Below, piece by piece: positions 40,313-51,709 of a stretch of DNA of 64,000 nt. The DNA lies in IMG/VR virus record IMGVR_UViG_3300031673_000001; one strand, 5' to 3'. This DNA is from a virus. Taxonomy: Duplodnaviria > Caudoviricetes. Each line of letters starts with the position of its first letter. Positions within the stretch are counted from its first letter, which is position 1. The notes under the pieces are model-generated. The model made no database searches. It saw only the letters and a list, made by a program, of their open reading frames with translations, and was not told the origin of the DNA. Position numbers and translations under genes: made by a program.

Positions 40313-40736
40313 TTCTCATATAAAAATGGTTATGTATATCTTTTGTCTCAAATTTAAATATTACAACGAAAGGTAAAAAAATTACTATGCGAAAAGATGA
40401 CAAGATGAAAGCATATATCAGTAAACATGTCTATCTATCCAACGCTCGTAAAAAATTAGATAGCAGCGGAAGATATTTAGTTCCTCCTGAAGAAGGAAGA
40501 ATATTAAGATGTGGTAATTTTATCAACCAGGGAATATTTAGAACCTTTACAAACAATAATATTGAATTATGGCAAGAGATTGAGATAGAAGCTCCATATG
40601 ATGAAGAAGAATCAATAAAGAAACTTGATGAAATAACAACTTGGAATCCAGGAAGAAAATTTGCAATTTGTAAAGTATTAATACATCAAATCAAAAAAGA
40701 TATAAAAAACAAAAAATTTGATAACCAATTTTAGAT

Positions 40737-40823
40737 GCCACCGTCGCTTAGTGGACGATAGCGCTGGATTTGTAATCCAGAGATCCTTGATCCTCGTAGG
40801 TTCGAATCCTACCGGTGGCTCCA
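40737..40823 (+). tRNA. tRNA-Thr(UGU) with 15-nt variable arm
   Basis: CTGGA-TTTGTAA-TCCAG; acceptor GCCACCG/CGGTGGC; CCA. Confidence 0.8.
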
Positions 40824-40853
40824 TTGTTAAAAGGTTACAGAGGTAACTATAAT

Positions 40854-41312
40854 ATGATATCTAATTATCTTAAATTTTTACAATCTGAAAAATACAATTA
40901 CAATGAAGAAGACTTATCCAGTCATCATGGAGTTTCTGCAATTATTTATGATAAGAATAAAAGAATTCTTATGCAGGAACATGTTAAGTTAAAATTTTGG
41001 ACAATACCAGTAGGCAAAGTCAAATCAGATGAAACTGTAATTCAAGGTTTGAAAAAAGAGATTTTGGAAGAGTGTGGAATCAAATTAATAAAATTTAAAG
41101 AAGTAGTAAAATTTAATAAAAAATATACCAGGCATGGAAAGAATGTAACAGTATTTGGTCATATTTTTGAAGTAGAAAAATATTCAGGTACTCCACGTAA
41201 TCTTGAACCCCAAAAACATAAGCAGCAAATTTTTATGAGTATTGAAGAGATTAAAAAGAAAGCAAAATTATCAGATTCGACTATTCAAGCATTAAAATAT
41301 TTAGAAAAATAA
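40854..41312 (+). CDS. Nudix hydrolase
   Basis: Nudix box GKVKSDETVIQGLKKEILEECGI; start re-assigned to ATG 40854, after the tRNA. Confidence 0.85.
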   Translation: MISNYLKFLQSEKYNYNEEDLSSHHGVSAIIYDKNKRILMQEHVKLKFWTIPVGKVKSDETVIQGLKKEILEECGIKLIKFKEVVKFNKKYTRHGKNVTVFGHIFEVEKYSGTPRNLEPQKHKQQIFMSIEEIKKKAKLSDSTIQALKYLEK

Positions 41313-41392
41313 GACCCTGTAGCTCAGTCCGGATTTAGAGCATCTGATTACGAATCAGAAAGTCGGAGGTTCAAATCCTCTCAGGGTCTCCA
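41313..41392 (+). tRNA. tRNA-Arg(ACG)
   Basis: TCTGA-TTACGAA-TCAGA, CCA. Confidence 0.9.
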
Positions 41393-41398
41393 ATCATT

Positions 41399-41473
41399 GC
41401 CCCCATAGCTCAACGGATAGAGTAAGGTGCTTCTACCGCCTCGACGTGCGTTCAACTCGTACTGGGGGTACCA
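41399..41473 (+). tRNA. tRNA-Arg(UCU)
   Basis: AGGTG-CTTCTAC-CGCCT, CCA. Confidence 0.85.
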
Positions 41474-41896
41474 AATGAAAGAAACACCATGTACACAAAA
41501 AAAGATTATAGAGGTGCAATCAATTTTGGTCTAAATTTTCCTCCAGATTTTGATCTTGTTAAACATGATATAGAAAAGGATCTATATAGGGTTTATGTAT
41601 TTGATGGAGGTTGGTATGATATAAATCTACATGGATATTACGTTAGATCTTGTTTAAAATGGAAAGGAATTAAGAAATGGGATCATCATGGTCAGATGGA
41701 AAATGCCAAAGATGCCAAAAGGAAACAACCATAACCACTATGAGTATGTTTAATACTGATCATTGCTGTCTTGAATGTATAGATAAAGAGAAGAAACATC
41801 CAGATTATAAATATGCTAAACAAATGGAATTATTAGCAATTGAAACTGGTAATTATAACTTTCCAGGAATTGGATTACCAGATGATTTATAAATTT

Positions 41897-41973
41897 AGAG
41901 GCGTTGTCTAGCGGTCCAAGACACAAGACTTTGACTCTTGTATTCGTAGGTTCAAATCCTACCGCCTCTTCCA
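41897..41973 (+). tRNA. tRNA-Gln(UUG)
   Basis: CAAGA-CTTTGAC-TCTTG, CCA. Confidence 0.9.
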
Positions 41974-42030
41974 AACAAATGAAAGGAGAATTTATAAAGT
42001 GTGAAAACCTGTAAAGATGAATAATATTAA

Positions 42031-42114
42031 GGGGGAATAGACGAACTGGTCCAGTCAAGGGATTTAAAATCCCTGCTTAAGTGCGTCCGGGTTCAACTCC
42101 CGGTTCCCCTACCA
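42031..42114 (+). tRNA. tRNA-Leu(UAA)
   Basis: AGGGA-TTTAAAA-TCCCT, long variable arm, CCA. Confidence 0.9.
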
Positions 42115-42494
42115 AAAGTGAAAGGACTATATTAAATGAAAGTTTATACAGAAATTCATACACCATTCAGTTTTGGCGCAAAATATGCATATATCAAAAC
42201 TGAAATTGAAGAATATCAAAGAATTGATATTGGAAAAGGATATTTTGGAATCCTCTTTAAAAATCCTTCCAGAAAACTATGGCATATAGTGCAAGAGGAC
42301 TGTGGAGCTCTTATTGGAACTAATAAATCAAAATCTAAACTTATTAAATCTGTATTAAATGATGTTGCAAGTGGGGATACTAAATTAATGCAAGAACAAA
42401 TTGAAATCGGAAAAAAGCAAATGTCCCAAGCTCATTCTCTTGAAAGAGATGAATGGTTCAAACGTTTTCCAAAATCTAAGTAATACAGGAGCTT

Positions 42495-42941
42495 ATGAAT
42501 ATGATAAAAAAATTCTTTATAACAATTTCAATCATATCAGTATTAATATTGTCAATGATACCATCTGTATTCGCACAAGATCAAGAAATAACACTAGCTT
42601 GGGATGCTAATGTAGAACCTGATCTAAAACTTTATACCATCTACTACGGAACAGCTAGTGGAGACTATAGTCATGTTATTAATACAGAAACAGATACTTC
42701 TGGAAGACCTCCAGCATGCACCACTTATGATCCATTTGATGCCAACTGCTGCGAATACACAGTAAAAGGATTGAGTATAGGAACATATTATTTTGCAGCT
42801 ACAGCATCTGATCAAGATGGAAATCAAAGTGAATTTTCAATAGAATTGACTCACACATTTATAGATGATAGCACTACTGAAAAGTTACCTAAACAACTAG
42901 AACAACCATCTAAAATTCAAAGCATTCCACCAATAGAATAA
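42495..42941 (+). CDS. secreted fibronectin type III domain protein
   Basis: Signal peptide; LAWDAN.EPDL..Y.IYYG..SG.Y, GL..GTYYFAATA.D..GNQSEFS. Confidence 0.8.
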   Translation: MNMIKKFFITISIISVLILSMIPSVFAQDQEITLAWDANVEPDLKLYTIYYGTASGDYSHVINTETDTSGRPPACTTYDPFDANCCEYTVKGLSIGTYYFAATASDQDGNQSEFSIELTHTFIDDSTTEKLPKQLEQPSKIQSIPPIE

Positions 42942-42995
42942 AACGAAAATCAGAAAAAGATTTCTATCAACCACTAACTGCAAAGGAGACAATAT

Positions 42996-43526
42996 GTGGA
43001 ACGAAACCCGAACCATACCGAAACTACAATTGGATTGTTTGGAACATGTGATAACAGTCAATGGAGACTCCCATTTATTAAAAAGTATGACGAGTTGGGA
43101 ATAGCTTGGTTCAACCCTGATGCTGGAGATAACTGGCATCCTGGATTAATTGAGCTTGAGAATTATTATCTCAATTATGCAGAGATTATATTATTTCCAA
43201 TTTTGAAAGAGTCTCTTGGTTCAGGAAGTTTAGGAGAAATTGGATTCAGTGTTCAAAATGTTATTAGAAATATTCAAAATGGAAGGCAACAAACCCTGAT
43301 TGCTCTCATCGACAATGATTGTACAGATGAAAGAAAATCAGAAGAAGAAAGAAAACGTTCTATTAAAGACAGAAAACTTGTAAAAACAAAATTCTTAAAA
43401 AACGTTTCCTGTCCTGTGATTACATTAGTCAATACATTAGATGAAATGCTGATAATGAGTCTTGAATTATATGACTTCTTTACTAAAGGTTGTCCAGTAG
43501 AAGAAACAGCACCAAGATCAGCATAA
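42996..43526 (+). CDS. nucleoside 2-deoxyribosyltransferase-like protein
   Basis: LFGTC..S.WR...FNP...NW.....E..YL..A.IILF pattern. Confidence 0.55.
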   Translation: MERNPNHTETTIGLFGTCDNSQWRLPFIKKYDELGIAWFNPDAGDNWHPGLIELENYYLNYAEIILFPILKESLGSGSLGEIGFSVQNVIRNIQNGRQQTLIALIDNDCTDERKSEEERKRSIKDRKLVKTKFLKNVSCPVITLVNTLDEMLIMSLELYDFFTKGCPVEETAPRSA

Positions 43527-43533
43527 CATCAAT

Positions 43534-43611
43534 AGCTCTGTGGTGGAACGGTATACACGATTGATTCAAAATCAATTAGGATTAAGGGTTCAAATCCCTT
43601 CAGAGCTACCA
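43534..43611 (+). tRNA. tRNA-Leu(CAA) with short (7-nt) variable region
   Basis: ATTGA-TTCAAAA-TCAAT, Leu-type D loop, CCA. Confidence 0.8.
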
Positions 43612-43620
43612 ACAGAACAA

Positions 43621-43709
43621 TGCGGGGTAGAGTAGTCCGGTCCAACTCGCTGGTCTCATAAGCCAGATCTCGAAAGAGAACGTGGGTTCAAATCCCACCC
43701 CCGCTACCA
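43621..43709 (+). tRNA. tRNA-Met(CAU), initiator-like acceptor stem, 15-nt variable arm
   Basis: CTGGT-CTCATAA-GCCAG; 1-72 mismatch; TCTC-GAAA-GAGA arm; CCA. Confidence 0.8.
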
Positions 43710-44869
43710 TTCATATAGAGAGATCATATTAAAATGAAAGGATATTAAAAATGGAAGATGTAGATGATTTAGAAGAAACTGGATATATAAAACTAAAAAA
43801 ATCAAAGAATATAATATACGCCCATTGTAGAAACTGTATTCACGACATGGAACCAGGTTATAATCCAGCAAAATGGGCTGATCTCGAAGCAATCATTGAT
43901 CTTAAAACTGGGATATTAACTCTTGGTTGTAGAAGATGTAACCTTCCTATTTTATGCGCCATGGTCCCAAGTGACATGGTAAAGCATGTAGACCATTGTG
44001 GATGCGAAATGTGTAAAACTGAACAATAGACCAAACTCATCTGGGAGCGAATCATGACCAAAACATTCAAAGGTGGTGAGATACCTAAATCTCCAAGTGC
44101 TAGTGGAATTTTAATTGGAGGTAAAGTAACACTCGAAGAACATGTTTTTCTTGAAGAAGCAAAAGAACTTGGTGAAGAACTGACTCCTGATAATGTAAAA
44201 CCATATCACAAAACAAAAATAAAATATAAAGATCATAAGGAGTCAAATAAACCTGGAAGAATACTCACCAGACGTGAAATTAACAAAGAACAATGGGAGA
44301 AAATTATTATGGCACAAACAACAATTGATAGCGTAATTATTGGTGCACTATTATCAGGAAGAGAAATAGCTGGAACCGAATTAATGAATATCGTATTAGA
44401 AAAAGTTCCTGAAAAATTAAAAACAGACTATTCCTGCAGAAGCTCATACATGTTCCATAAAACCGATTTTGGCAAATTTGTTACAGATAGACAAGTAGGA
44501 AATGGAAAGATGTTTAAACTTGTAACTGCTGCACTTGATTGTACAGTAGATGAACTGCTTCCTTTCCTTTATAAAGAAAAGGTAGATGAAAGGTTAGCAA
44601 CTTTGGATAAGCATATAGCTCTCCGTCCTTTTCTGGAACAAACCAAACCAGAAAAACAGATTGAAGTTGAATCCGTAGAATTTAAACCAGATGAACCAAA
44701 AGTTGAACCAGAAATTGTCAATCTGAAAGATTTCGAAAATATCAAAAAGACAAACGAAAAGGTAAATACCGCCATTGAATCTGCCATATCAAAAGTAATA
44801 AATGAACTTGGAATCAATGTCACCGTGAATGGTAAAGTAGAGTTCGTATTCAAATGGGGAAATTAATAA

Positions 44870-44930
44870 AAAACGAAGAGATTCTCTTTCTGTAATATTA
44901 AAAAATCAGACAAGAGAATCTCTTCGTTTT
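44870..44930. terminator. long inverted repeat / bidirectional terminator
   Basis: 19-bp perfect arms AAAACGAAGAGATTCTCTT / AAGAGAATCTCTTCGTTTT. Confidence 0.65.
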
Positions 44931-44951
44931 AAATGTGAATAAGGAATTGAA

Positions 44952-45491
44952 ATGATAATACACTCAATTAGCACACATAATATGATTACCGTTGCAACAG
45001 ATAAACGTTCAATTGCAGAATTGTCAGCGATCATTCCAATTAAAGATATACCAGGAAAAGTTTTTTATTTTCATAGAATTAAAGTTCTTCCCAAATATGA
45101 AGGAACAGGAGAAGGAAGAGAACTGATAATTGAAGTATGCAAACTTATAGATAAACAAAATGCAACAATTTATAATGAACTAAATCCTTATGGTAAAAGA
45201 GATTTGAAAGGTTTAATAAGTTTCTTTAAAGCTTCTAGATTTGAGATGTACAAAGAACCAAATATTATGATACGAAAACCAAAAGATACAACACGGGAAT
45301 ACCCATATATAATTAAAGAGAAAATAATTAAAGAAAGAAATTATAACATAAATTATGGGGATGATAGAATATGTGAATGTGGACATCCTTATCATAGACA
45401 CTTTGACCCATATGAAAATATGAATCCTTGTGGTTGTAAATATTGCAACTGTTATATATTCATAGAGAAAAAAGAGAAAGGAAAAAAATGA
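44952..45491 (+). CDS. GNAT-fold acetyltransferase-like protein with C-terminal Cys/His cluster
   Basis: RIKVLPKYEGTGEGRELI acetyl-CoA motif; CECGH...H...CGCKYC.C. Confidence 0.6.
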   Translation: MIIHSISTHNMITVATDKRSIAELSAIIPIKDIPGKVFYFHRIKVLPKYEGTGEGRELIIEVCKLIDKQNATIYNELNPYGKRDLKGLISFFKASRFEMYKEPNIMIRKPKDTTREYPYIIKEKIIKERNYNINYGDDRICECGHPYHRHFDPYENMNPCGCKYCNCYIFIEKKEKGKK

Positions 45492-46441
45492 GAATAAAAC
45501 TTCCAACAAATATAACACTAACAAACTTTATATCTATACAATGGTTAAAAAATTTGAAAGATTCATCGTTTATCAAATCTATCAAAAGATTTGGTAGAAG
45601 CAATAAAGTTTCTAACTTTATTATAACAACCATTGCATCTATTATCATTCTACTATTTGCTCTTATTCCCACTTGGTTTTATTTTGGAATAAGATTTCTT
45701 ATTGAACCAGAAGGATTTTGGCAAGAATTTGCTCTTGTCACCATATGTATGATTGTAATAGGATGGTTACAAGCAATTATGCTCATTATTGCAGTAGGTT
45801 TAATTTTTCACATCATCTTAGATGATTCCCCATACTAAAGGAGAAACAATGAATACGCCCGAAACTGAAAATACAATATCATATAAAACAATGAAATTAG
45901 ACGAAATTGGCAACTCAATTTATTATAGAGTAGCTTGCCAATGTGGAAGTCAAGATTGTGATTTAGTTTTAGAATTAGAATATGATAAAGATTTTGATTC
46001 CATCAACATTAGAATGTATAAAAAATTACACGCTTCTGCACACTGGGGTGAATCCTGGGATCATTTTGACTTTATCAGAGTTCTGTGGAACAAAATCAAA
46101 ATGTGCAGTATAGTTATGACAAAAGGTTATGTTGAAATTACCGAAGAAACAATGATTCAGGGGGAAGAACATATTGACAGTTTTATTTCAGCTTTACAAC
46201 AAGGCAAGAGATTTATTGTTGGAAAGGAGAAGGAATGGCAGAAATTCCTAGAATTACAAAAACAAGAACCAAAAAACTTGTCCAATGCAGAGAAGGACAA
46301 ATAGTAAAATTTCCAACCGCTATGGCACAAATGGATGTTGAAGAAATTGCAACTGAATATGGATTTAGAGTTTGGTTCTTTGAACCAGGCGATATGGAAT
46401 ATAACAAACATGGACGGAATGTTGTTAAACTTATAAAATAA

Positions 46442-46531
46442 GGCGAGTTACCCAAGTCAGGTTTAAGGGAGCTGTTTGCTAAACAGTCGGGGATAAAACC
46501 TCCACAGGTTCGAATCCTGTACTCGCCGCCA
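46442..46531 (+). tRNA. tRNA-Ser(GCU)
   Basis: GCTGT-TTGCTAA-ACAGT, long arm, G73, CCA. Confidence 0.9.
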
Positions 46532-46637
46532 GTCAGGGATACGTGGGAGGTCCAGTAGGACGGCACAATCAGGGGTGGGCACTTGTGCAACAGAAAGAGA
46601 AAATGAATCTATTACTAAAACATAGAGGAGAGATACA

Positions 46638-47723
46638 ATGAAAAAAAGTCTTTTACTAATTACAATTTTATTATTAACGCTGTATGGAGTTGCTCAAGCT
46701 GCCAGAGTAACTAATAATTTAGTTTTATTATATGATTTTACTGAAACAACCGGTGAAGTTATAACAGACAAAGCAACCGGAACACCAATGCTCAATTTAG
46801 ATATTACTGAACCCGCAGATGTAACATTTTTAAATCCAGGATTGAGGGTGACAGCAGCAACTATTATTAAGACAAGTGCTGCACGTACCAAATTAGGTGC
46901 TAGCGTCTTTTTCACCAATGGTATCACAATAGAGGCATGGTTAAAACCTCTTAACAATACTCAAGGTGGACCTGCACGCATCATTTCTTTTTCTTCAGAT
47001 AGTGGAAATCGTAATTTCACTCTTGGACAAGTAAATGATAAATGGGACGTAAGATTCAGAACTAGTGTCAATCCTGGTAATGGAACTGCTCCAAGCACCA
47101 CAACTCTCGCTGGTAGTATTGCTGCAACTCCTGCACTTCAGCATGTTGTCTACACTAGAGATTCAGCAGGTAATGCAAAAATTTATATTGATAAAGTTGA
47201 AGTAGCAACACAGTCTATTCCAGGAGATGGAAGCAATTGGGATATCTCGTATGGATTTGGATTGTTCAATGAGTTATCTTATCCTGCTATCCCTGATGAT
47301 GAAAGAACATGGTTGGGAGATATATTCATAGCTGCAATTTATGGTAAGAATTTGACTATAGCTGAAATAACCCAGAATTTTGATGCCGGTCCTAATGCAA
47401 CACCAGCTCCACCTGTATTACCAGTAACAAGATCTTATAAAATTACTACAACTTTATGTGATTCAACAACAAAGGTTACTAACTCAAAATTTGATCCCGG
47501 CATGACTTGGGCAACATTCATGGCACAAAATAAAGGTACAGATAACTTTGTTGATGCCCCAAATACAAATCCTGCTACTAAAGGAGAAGTAGCTGGAATG
47601 TATATGCCTGCTGATCCAACAGAAGTTGTTGCTGCAAATCTTAGATCAACAATAGTATCAGCAGATGAAACAAGAACAATTAGAATATATAAAGCTATAT
47701 GTTCTTCTGTCTTTTTAGAATGA
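46638..47723 (+). CDS. secreted LamG/concanavalin-like domain protein
   Basis: Signal peptide; ITIEAWLKP, ARIISF, HVVYT, KIYID, IY...LT.AEI.QNF. Confidence 0.75.
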   Translation: MKKSLLLITILLLTLYGVAQAARVTNNLVLLYDFTETTGEVITDKATGTPMLNLDITEPADVTFLNPGLRVTAATIIKTSAARTKLGASVFFTNGITIEAWLKPLNNTQGGPARIISFSSDSGNRNFTLGQVNDKWDVRFRTSVNPGNGTAPSTTTLAGSIAATPALQHVVYTRDSAGNAKIYIDKVEVATQSIPGDGSNWDISYGFGLFNELSYPAIPDDERTWLGDIFIAAIYGKNLTIAEITQNFDAGPNATPAPPVLPVTRSYKITTTLCDSTTKVTNSKFDPGMTWATFMAQNKGTDNFVDAPNTNPATKGEVAGMYMPADPTEVVAANLRSTIVSADETRTIRIYKAICSSVFLE

Positions 47724-47957
47724 GGTATAAATGGAAGAACCAACAGTCGCAAAAGCAATAATGGGAAGGAGATTCCTAGTTACAGATTCACAACTAAGTA
47801 CTCTTTTTGAATATATTAGAAGAAATGATACAAAAAGAGCATCCATATTAATTAAATCCATAAGAAAATTACAATATGTTTTTGAGTCTCAAAATATTAT
47901 TTCTGAGGATGTTGATAGAGTACAAGGAAGAGCTGGTAGTATTCTAACTGATATATT

Positions 47958-48046
47958 GGAGGGGTGGTCAAGTATGGTGTGACAGCAGTCTTGAAAACTG
48001 TCGGGTGTAAAAAGCTTTGCAGGTTCGAATCCTGTCCCCTCCGCCA
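47958..48046 (+). tRNA. tRNA-Ser(UGA)
   Basis: GCAGT-CTTGAAA-ACTGT, long arm, G73, CCA. Confidence 0.9.
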
Positions 48047-48928
48047 ACAAAAAGGGTTTCTAATGGTAAAATACAATACATCGAAATATAACATTGGTGA
48101 TCTTGTTACTATTGTAAGCACCAAAAACTCTAGTCCTAATCATTTAATGATAAATATGATTGGACATGTATATCCAATACAAGGAATTCCAGATCATACT
48201 TCTTGTATTATTAATAACTTTTACTGGTCCTCTAAGGATATTAAAAAATTTCATCCAGACAAAGAAAACAAAGAAAATATGAAACCAAAAAAATTTAATG
48301 TGAATAACTTGCTTATTGAGGAACAATATGAAAAATAATTGGGATCTAGAACAAATCAGAATTCATATTCACTGGACTGATAAGTTATTAGCTTTAGGAG
48401 CTTGTGGTGGCAATTTAAGAGTTGAAATGATAAATCCTTTAAAAGGACATACAAGACAAAAATTACTCACCGCAAGAGTCAAAGTGGAAAGATTTAACAG
48501 TGGTTATAATAACATTGAATGGTACAACAATTTAACACAAAAAGAGTTTGAAGAACATCTTAAAGATACCATAGATGTAATGATAAAATCATATCATAGA
48601 GGAATGCTTTTACTAGATGAAGATTATAACTGGATTGAAAACTGGCAATTATGACAATCTCTGATATGGTATCAAAAGTATTTGAGAAACAATTATTACC
48701 TTGTAAAAACTGTTTCGTTCAACCAATATGTCAAACTAAAACTCCATGGAATCATAGATTTAGAATCTGTAGCAGATATATAAAATATAGACAAAATATT
48801 AATACATACAAAAATATATTAGAAACTCTTCGCACGTGTATAACACTTTTTATAATCTTCTTAATTTTTCTTTATATAATAGTAACATTTTTTATGGGTC
48901 TAATTCATCAATATCTTTTAATTTTTGA

Positions 48929-49011
48929 GGGCGTATAGCTCAGTGGTAGAGCACCTTGGTCAATTGCTATCACCTTGGAGGTCGATGGTTCGAATCCATC
49001 TACGCCTAACA
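48929..49011 (+). pseudogene. degenerate tRNA with intact D/T arms and an expanded, unpaired anticodon arm
   Basis: GGGCGTA/TACGCCT acceptor, GCTCAGTGGTAGAGC, GATGGTTCGAATCCATC; about 15-nt loop; ends ACA rather than CCA. Confidence 0.6.
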
Positions 49012-49207
49012 TTTATAAGGAGGTACCAAATTATGGGGAAGCAAAGAGAAAGTATCACATAGTAGAATTTAATGATCATTGGAAGGTTGAAAAAAGAATT
49101 ATATTTGATCTTTGGTTCTACGTTAGAGACAAAAAATTAAAAAAGATAAAGTTTAATAATTTTCAAGAAGTTGTGAAATATGTCAACAAAAGAAAATAAT
49201 CTAAGAT

Positions 49208-49296
49208 GGGGGGTGTTCCTGTTGCTGGGCTGTAAACTCAGTGTCATAAAACATATAGGAGGGTGACGAGAGGTTCAATTCCTTCGCCCCCCACCA
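49208..49296 (+). tRNA. atypical D-armless tRNA-Tyr(GUA)
   Basis: CTGGG-CTGTAAA-CTCAG, TTCAATT T loop, CCA; only 10 nt between the acceptor and anticodon stems. Confidence 0.6.
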
Positions 49297-49556
49297 TTTG
49301 AGAAGGAATTCTAATGTATGAAAAACCCATGTGACATATGCATTTGTAAGGTAATATGTACTGAAATATGTCCAGAAAAAGAAAACTATCTAACATTAAT
49401 TAAAAATGCTATTATCCAAAATTCTTATTCAAAAAGAGGAATTCGAATACCAAAAAATGATAATTTTAGAAAATATCTTGAAATGCAACAACAACATTTC
49501 AAAGATACAGCGAAAATCAATGTGAGAAATTATAAGAAGAGGGGAGGAATGATTTC

Positions 49557-50756
49557 ATGATCCCGTATCAAGGAAAATATGGAAAAGCTTCTGTAATGCT
49601 TAACGAACTAAACGATCAGAATACTATTAGTCAGATATATGAATTTTTAAATCATCCAGCATTTACAAATCCAATTGCTATCATGCCAGATTGTCATTAT
49701 GGAAAGGGTGCTGTAATTGGATTTACAATGGAAATGACTGATATGATTATTCCAAATATAGTCGGGGTCGATATTAATTGTGGTATGCTTTCTCTATTTC
49801 TTGGACCCAATGCTTTAGAAAAATTAACTATCGAACAAATTGATCAGAAAATAAGACAAAAGATTCCCTTATCAAAACATGTCCATCAAGAAGTAACATT
49901 ATCTCATCATATGCTAGACAATTATTTTTGGAAACATGCAAGCTATAATCACAAACATTTTACCTTACAATATAATAAACGATATGGAACCAAATATGAT
50001 CCATTTAAATTTGATATTGATTGGTTTGAAGATAAATGCAAACAAATCAAAATGGATTTTACAAGAGCTTTATCATCTATTGGAACCTTGGGAGGCGGAA
50101 ACCATTTTTTAGAACTGGGTAAATTAGTCAATCGAAAAGAATACCTTTTCACAATCCATTCAGGATCAAGACAATTTGGATTGAAAGTTTGTGATTACTG
50201 GCAACGAAAAGCTGGAAAAGGTCATTTAGCATATTTGACCGGAGATGATATGTTTGGTTATCTTACAGATATGGTATTTACCCAAATATATGCACAAACA
50301 AATAGAGAAGCAATGGCAACGATCATTGAACGTATTTTTGATATTCAATCTTATAAGACGATTGAAACATGCCATAACTTTATAAGTATTCAAGATTTTA
50401 TTATTCGCAAAGGTGCAATAGCTTCTTATAAGGAACATCAGATGATCATTCCATTAAACATGGAAGATGGTTTATTAATATGTGAAGGAAAATCAAATCC
50501 AGAATGGAATTATTCAGCTCCCCACGGAGCAGGAAGAATTAGTTCAAGATCTAGTATTAAAAGAAAAATGAAAGAAAAATCATCCGCTGAAATTGTTCAA
50601 GAACGAATGAAAGAGAAAGGAATATACATATCAGTAGTTCCATTGGATGAAACAAAAGAAGCATATAAAGATCCAAAACTAATTGAAGATACTATTGACC
50701 CAACTGCATCAATTATTGATCGTGTAATGCCTGTGCTCAATATTAAAGCAATTTAA
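49557..50756 (+). CDS. rtcB: RtcB RNA ligase
   Basis: MPDCH.GKG..IG, VGVDINCGM, GTLGGGNHF.E, IHSGSR, HN, RKGA, SAPHGAGR, DE..EAYK. Confidence 0.93.
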   Translation: MIPYQGKYGKASVMLNELNDQNTISQIYEFLNHPAFTNPIAIMPDCHYGKGAVIGFTMEMTDMIIPNIVGVDINCGMLSLFLGPNALEKLTIEQIDQKIRQKIPLSKHVHQEVTLSHHMLDNYFWKHASYNHKHFTLQYNKRYGTKYDPFKFDIDWFEDKCKQIKMDFTRALSSIGTLGGGNHFLELGKLVNRKEYLFTIHSGSRQFGLKVCDYWQRKAGKGHLAYLTGDDMFGYLTDMVFTQIYAQTNREAMATIIERIFDIQSYKTIETCHNFISIQDFIIRKGAIASYKEHQMIIPLNMEDGLLICEGKSNPEWNYSAPHGAGRISSRSSIKRKMKEKSSAEIVQERMKEKGIYISVVPLDETKEAYKDPKLIEDTIDPTASIIDRVMPVLNIKAI

Positions 50757-51709
50757 TTGAATGTTAAATCGAAAGGAGATAACCATTCATTGGATATAGA
50801 TGGTTTTAAAAAATATATTCATACGGGAAGATCGTATATACCCAAAGTAACTATTAGAAAAAATGGAGTACTCGCTTTCAATAGTGGTGCTGTTCAAAAG
50901 TATGATCTATATGCATATAAATATGCTATACTTTATATCTCGGATGATAGGAATAGAATAGCAGTCAGATTTACAAATAGTGAAAAGGAATCTGGTATTC
51001 TTCAAATACAAAGTAGACCAGGAAATTTTCAAATATCTGCTAGAACCTTTTTTGGTCTATATGATATTGATTGGTCTGAAAATCGTAACTATGATTTCCT
51101 ATGGAATGAAAGAGATAAAACAGCAATTTTAAAAGTAAAGGACTCAAAACCAGAAATTATTAAACAACAAAGAGAGACTCTTCTTGCTATTAAGAACAAA
51201 TAACAAATTTGCTTATACAAAGGAGAATAGCTATGAATGATAAAGCTGTAAATCTAATTCATTAGGTTTACACCAATCCACCGTAGAGTTGTAGAGGTCC
51301 CCCCAGTTGTTTTCATTCAAATAATAACTTTAACTTTGAACTGAAAACAAAAAGGGGAATAAAACAATGACACGAAAAGAATTGAAGAATAAAATAAAAG
51401 AAGAACAAAAATTATTAGCAATCAAAATTAAAAGAGGAAAGTTTCTTAATAAACCTAGTCATAGAGAAAATATGACTGAGGAAGAAAAAGAATTCTATAT
51501 CTCAATTTATGATGGAATATCACATTTCAAAGATTGGAAAGTTGGACAATTAAGTCATGAGTATCGTCATAAACATATCATCTATTGTCAAATGTTTAAC
51601 AATACTCCTTATGAAAAAATTGAACACCCAAGAGTCAGTAATAAACCCACTCCCCAACATCTAAAACTTTATAAAGAACGATGGGAAGTGATACTTTGGG
51701 AAGCACAAC

